DNA of 51,763 nt from NCBI RefSeq assembly GCF_001194135.2, contig NC_068985.1, forward strand, positions 43,805,101 through 43,856,863, written 5' to 3'. The position numbers and the translations under genes are program-made. How positions within the stretch are numbered: position 1 is the stretch's first letter; each line of letters starts with the position of its first letter. Source of the stretch: Octopus bimaculoides (lineage: Eukaryota). Positions 46,237 through 51,763 of the stretch are shown in pieces. The notes beneath the pieces are model-generated. The model was not told where the DNA came from. It saw nothing but the letters and a program-made list of their open reading frames with translations, and did no database searches.

Positions 46237-46579
46237 CATGTTGATATATTTTCACAGTAGAGCGATGGTTTATATTCCCTACACAAAATATGTGTATAAA
46301 TTACCACATGAACATGTATATTTCTTGGGTAGGATTTTATATAACATTACCACAGAAAATATTGGTATATATTATAACAGTAACTATCGATATAATAACT
46401 ACTACAGTAAGTATTTTTATATTACCAAAGTAAATATTTATATTACCATAGTAAGTATTGCTCTATTACCACAGTAAATTACCACTATGAATATTTATAT
46501 ATTACACTGTAACTATTTATATGTATTTACAATAAGTATCAATGTGTAGAATGTATAGTATACAACGTGGAGAATATAC

Positions 46580-46955
46580 CACCATCATTGCCCAAACAAC
46601 CTTAACATTAGTTTCAGAATTCATCTGAGGCTGGGACCACATATCATGCACCTCCTACATAATTCAGGCTCACAACATATAAATTTACTCACTGCAAGAC
46701 AATTTCTTTTCCTCAACAGGCCCTGACCTATTTAACAATATCCTAAAACAAATCAAAGAAAAAGATTCCATCGCCTTCAAATGAATCCTGGACAAATTTC
46801 TTCAAGACATACCAGATAAGTCACCTATATCCGGATACATTTCAGTCAACAACAACTCCCTACTTGACTTTAAAATGACTTAACAGATCCTATCAGGTGG
46901 TGCTATAAAGTTAGACATGACCTGGATCAATCTTTAGCTGAAACATATCTAAGTT
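46580..46955 (+). mobile_element. CR1-clade LINE 3' end
   Basis: FSSTGPDLFNNILKQIKEKDSIAFK*ILDKFLQDIPDKSPISGYISVNNNSLLD resembles CR1 ORF2 C-termini (F...LDK.L..IPD.P), followed by a short 3' UTR. Confidence 0.7.
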
Positions 46956-47244
46956 ATGTACTACACTAATTTATATACTACCATAGCAAATACTGATATA
47001 AGTACCACAATAAATATTGACATATTAGCACTTAACGAATTACCATGATAATTTTTTTTATTCGTGATGGAAGCATTACAGCTGGCTATTTGCAACATCA
47101 GTGCCTGAAGTCAGTAGAATTCTATAAATCATTGGTAGTGAGATTTGGTTGATATGTGGCTATTGTTACCCCTCTGGCATAGGTCACAGGTTATGGTCTC
47201 ACTTGGCTTGCCGGGTCTTCTGAAGCACAGCATATTTCCTTTTA

Positions 47245-47479
47245 AAGCCTAGCCAGGCTCATGGGTCCAGTTTCCTGGTTTCCATGGCGTATGTGTTCGC
47301 CAGCTGGACAGGACTCCAGTCCATTGCAGTGTTACTCATTTTTTGCCAGCTGAGTGGACTGGAGTAACGTGAAATGAAGTGTTTTGCTCAAGAACACAAC
47401 GCATCGCCCAGTCCAGGAATCGAAACCACAATCTTACGATCATGATGCTGACACCCTAACCACTAAGCCACACGCCTCC
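47245..47479 (-). mobile_element. SINE family C
   Basis: Reverse complement of GGAGGCGTGTGGCTTAGTGGTTAGG..GGTTTCGATTCCTGG..GTTGTGTTCTTGAGCAAAAC..CCAGTCCACTCAGCTGG. Confidence 0.85.
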
Positions 47480-48363
47480 ACTTACACATATATATATATA
47501 TGTGTGTGTCTTTGTGTTTGTGTTCTGTCCATGTAACTTAGTGGTTCAGCAAAAGGAATTGTTAGAATAAGTACCAAGATTAAAAAATAAGTACTGGAGT
47601 CAATTTGTTCAACGAAAATTCTTCAAGGTGGTTCCCCAACATAGCTTCAGTCTAACATACATTCATACACGCATGCACGCATGCATGTGCACATACACAC
47701 ACGTACTTATATAGATGCATACATATATGATGGGCTTCTTTCAGTTTCTGTTTATTAAACCCAGTCGCAAGGCTTTGGGTAGAGTAGAAGACACTTGCTC
47801 AAGATGCCACGCAATGGTACTGAACCCAAAACCTTGTGGTTGGGGAGTAAACATCCTGTCATACTTCTTGCCACATTATTTTATTCCATAATTAGATTTT
47901 AATATCTTTAATTCAGAATTCTAATTGAAATTCTTCAAGGTACTCTGTAGTACTTTTAGCTATTTAATTAATATTTTATTTAATTAATACTTAATTACAA
48001 ACTCCATAAAAAGAATTTATATTTAAAACTTTGAACATACAATGTAATTAATAAGATCAAAACTGACTTTTAATTCTTCATATTGAAAAGACAAAAAGAA
48101 ATGTAAGTAAAGGCCAGTATAATCAGTGGGGTGGGGGGTGGGGGTAGTGAAGGCAATTGATTGATACAAAATCAATAATGTCTTACAGGCAAGAAAGAAT
48201 CAGAATTTTTATTAAGAGTTGGGTCTTTCACAAAGAGAACTAACATGCTTTCAAAGCTACAAAAGTTGCATAAAACTTTCTCTTCTTACCATAAAAAAAA
48301 AACCTAGTTTGAGAAGACGCATATCAAAGGCATTCTATTTATAACTATTCTATAGTTATAATG

Positions 48364-48796
48364 CAGTGGTTCTCAACTGGGGTCCATATAAGATTTTGTT
48401 ATTAAAATTTATGTGCAATAAATTGGTTATACTTCTACAATTCACAAAATATAACAAAATTTTATGTAAATTCTGAATAATATTTAATTATAAAAATATA
48501 ATATGTTGTTTTTTTTTTAACCCTTTGACATTCAAATGTTCTACTTATTTATCCACATTATTTTGAATTAATCGTGCTTTATCTCATAACTTCAATATTT
48601 TAATGATGTGATTGTATATTTTTAGAATGACTCTGTAAGGTTGGTATGAGAGGTTAGATCTGGCCAGTTTGAACATAAAACAGGTAGAATATTTTGACCA
48701 GATATGGCTGGTTTAAACATCGAATTGCTTTGGGGTCCATCTGAGTAAAATATGAATCAAGGGGGTTTCACAGACACAAAATGGCTGAGGACCAAA
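48364..48796. mobile_element. Decayed hAT-type MITE with a possible nested TTAA|CCC (piggyBac-like) MITE at about 48521-48725
   Basis: Left end CAGTGGTTCTCAAC; right end only degenerate (GGCTGAGGACC). Confidence 0.5.
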
Positions 48797-50184
48797 GGCC
48801 TAGTGTGTCCTTCCATCTTATAAGACAACAGCGTGGTTTGATGGGCATTTGGCTGCTATTCCTAGCAGGTATACTTCTTTACAGATTTCTTCACAGTCTA
48901 GTAGTGTGAAGTAGTTATTGATATTGCAAGTGGGGTGATGCTTCTTTACAGATTTTGAAGTGTAGTGTAGTATATTCTGTGAAGAAAAGTTGTGTGGTTA
49001 AATGTAACTTCAAATAGATCATACAAACACATACACACATCACATCTATAGAAACACAGATACACATATATACAAATAAGTGCAGACAGACACTCTCTCT
49101 CATGCACACACACATTAAAATATTTCACTCAACACATATACAAATTCATACACATATGAACATATAAAAATGTATATACAAAGAGACTCATATTACACAG
49201 ATATATGCACCTACAGATAGGCATACTCAACACAAATACACATAGACAAACACATACCATATATGTTTGCATACACAATATACACACAGAAACACATATT
49301 TAATGCTCATACCAAAGTAGTTTGAATCTAAAGAATTTCACAGTAGTATTTTCACCCTGGGCCCTAACCTGGACAAATTAGCTGCTTCCTTGCATTTAAG
49401 GTTAGGCAATGAAGCCAAAACAATTTGCTGGTGCTAAACATGAATGTCAGTGAAATATTTTATACCCTGATAACATTTAAAAGATTGGGAGTAAACAATT
49501 ATAATTGTACCTTTAAATAATATGAGACGAAAATTACATGAGTGTGAATGTGACTGCAATCAGGACAGACCTATTGTAGCATAATTTACTGAGATTATAT
49601 TGATCAGAGGCTGTCATTAATAGGCACGGCTGTCATGTGACAGTAGTTGTCACAGTAACAGGGAAGTATATTTTCATATCTGATATCTGTATTGTTCAGT
49701 GTGGCTTTGGAAGATTATTGGACTGCAGTCATGTTGGGGCACCCACTCCAACTTAAACGTTTTTTTAGTTCTGGTACTTATTTACTTATTTTTTGAGCCT
49801 GGTACTTATTCTAACAGTTTCTTATGCCAAACTGTTAAGTTACAGGATGTAAATGAACTGACACCAGTTGTCTGTCAAATGGTGGTGGGACAAACACAAA
49901 GACACATGCATAGATATACATGCATATGCATACAAATATACATACATATATATATAGGAAAATGAAAAAAAAGGCAGAATGCTAAACTGGAAGCATATTT
50001 TAATAAAGATTTCTAAACTGGAAGCTTATTTTAATAAAGATTTCTAACCGGTTTTCATTGCGAAAGCAAATTATCAAGAAGGAGAATGAAAATGTTTTTT
50101 ACAAAGAAGTACAAAATGAAGAAAATAATATATAAAACAATAATATATAAAAAAAATAAATATACCCATACATTATATTGTCTT

Positions 50185-50991
50185 NNNNNNNNNNNNNNNN
50201 NNNNNNNNNNNNNNNNNNNNNNNNNNNNNNNNNNNNNNNNNNNNNNNNNNNNNNNNNNNNNNNNNNNNNNNNNNNNNNNNNNNNNNNNNNNNNNNNNNNN
50301 NNNNNNNNNNNNNNNNNNNNNNNNNNNNNNNNNNNNNNNNNNNNNNNNNNNNNNNNNNNNNNNNNNNNNNNNNNNNNNNNNNNNNNNNNNNNNNNNNNNN
50401 NNNNNNNNNNNNNNNNNNNNNNNNNNNNNNNNNNNNNNNNNNNNNNNNNNNNNNNNNNNNNNNNNNNNNNNNNNNNNNNNNNNNNNNNNNNNNNNNNNNN
50501 NNNNNNNNNNNNNNNNNNNNNNNNNNNNNNNNNNNNNNNNNNNNNNNNNNNNNNNNNNNNNNNNNNNNNNNNNNNNNNNNNNNNNNNNNNNNNNNNNNNN
50601 NNNNNNNNNNNNNNNNNNNNNNNNNNNNNNNNNNNNNNNNNNNNNNNNNNNNNNNNNNNNNNNNNNNNNNNNNNNNNNNNNNNNNNNNNNNNNNNNNNNN
50701 NNNNNNNNNNNNNNNNNNNNNNNNNNNNNNNNNNNNNNNNNNNNNNNNNNNNNNNNNNNNNNNNNNNNNNNNNNNNNNNNNNNNNNNNNNNNNNNNNNNN
50801 NNNNNNNNNNNNNNNNNNNNNNNNNNNNNNNNNNNNNNNNNNNNNNNNNNNNNNNNNNNNNNNNNNNNNNNNNNNNNNNNNNNNNNNNNNNNNNNNNNNN
50901 NNNNNNNNNNNNNNNNNNNNNNNNNNNNNNNNNNNNNNNNNNNNNNNNNNNNNNNNNNNNNNNNNNNNNNNNNNNNNNNNNNNNNNNNNNN
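50185..50991. other. Assembly gap (N)
   Basis: N run. Confidence 1.
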
Positions 50992-51330
50992 GGTTTTGAT
51001 TTTAAACTTTGTTCCTCGTTTGAAGGTAAATTCAGAGCCTTCAAGTAGAGGGGCAGGTACCACAATTAGGGCGTGCACATTTTTTAACTGATGGGGGTGG
51101 AAGTGGTGTATGTAGTTTGGCATTGGTTAATAGTGTTTTCAAAGATTTGTGTTGCCTTTTGCATTTAAGGACTTTATGTGTATTGATGATATTGTTCATT
51201 TTCAGGTCTGTGGTGAGTAAGGGGAGGTTTTGTTTGATTGTGGTGTATGCTTCGATGTTTTTGGGGTTGTGGGTGGAGATGTATGGAAGTATGGAGCAGT
51301 GGTAGTATGTATTATGGGTCCTTTTAAAAT
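50992..51330 (-). mobile_element. Penelope-like element fragment: RT/linker, zinc finger and lead-in to GIY-YIG
   Basis: LPYISTHNPKNIEAY..KRQHKSLKTLLTNAKL..VKKCARPNCGTCP then, after a frameshift, EGSEFTFKRGTKFKIK; matches the PLE RQPKNLK...CxxxxCxxC linker. Confidence 0.75.
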
Positions 51331-51763
51331 AAAAAAAACCCTTCATAAAAGGACCCATAATACATACTACCACTGCTCCCCACAAACACCACCCCAAACC
51401 ACACTACAAACACACATACCCCCCTACCTCCCTCCACACAAAATACATCCTCTCCCAACCCTACAAAAACCCTTTTCCCCCACAAAATAATCCAAACAAG
51501 ACCCAACTCAACCATTCTCCTCCCCCATGGACAAGAAGCATCATGAACCCTCCTTACGCTTGTTATTATCCCCATCTCAATGCCCCTTACTCTCACACCA
51601 ATAACAAACGGAATCCTACCCACACCTACGCATAAATCTCCCACCCAAGGAACCCCATACCGTCCACCCAACAAACACCCACAATCATACCACTTTTTCT
51701 ACAGATCTTCATACCCACGCCACTCACAACAACAGAACCACAATAACTACCTACCCCACTCCA

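Noticed and set aside
45580-46540. Degenerate ATTACCACAGTAAATATT-like repeats (similar decayed repeats at 11170-11370)
   Set aside because: Ordinary decayed minisatellite-like sequence; the unit could not be fixed by eye.

Overview
AT-rich, microsatellite-dense eukaryotic DNA with four N-gaps. The style of the SINE, LINE and MITE families and the repeat density suggest an octopod cephalopod (Octopus-like); this is inference, not proof. I recognise no intact host protein-coding gene, and most ORF-track entries are microsatellite or gap artefacts. The window is a transposon mosaic: two tandem gag/ORF1-like units (1-2.1 kb), at least four tRNA-derived SINE families, restriction-like-endonuclease (R4/Dong-type) LINE remnants, one RTE LINE, a CR1 3' end, a decayed Ty3/Gypsy element, Penelope-like fragments with minimal hammerhead motifs, a probable Helitron, and hAT, mariner and GGATC-ended MITEs. 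Most notable: (i) GGATC-TIR MITEs (8-bp TSD on one copy), two of them carrying telomeric repeats and one with a (CCCTAA)n/(TTAGGG)n foldback core; (ii) hammerhead motifs with covarying stem I; (iii) a nest of SINEs and LINEs inserted into (AAT)n at 42-44.7 kb; (iv) a switch from CpG-retaining to CpG-decayed repeats across the 28.5-29.4 kb gap, consistent with a methylation-domain boundary. Coordinates were counted by eye, and repeat boundaries are approximate unless TSDs or TIRs are quoted.
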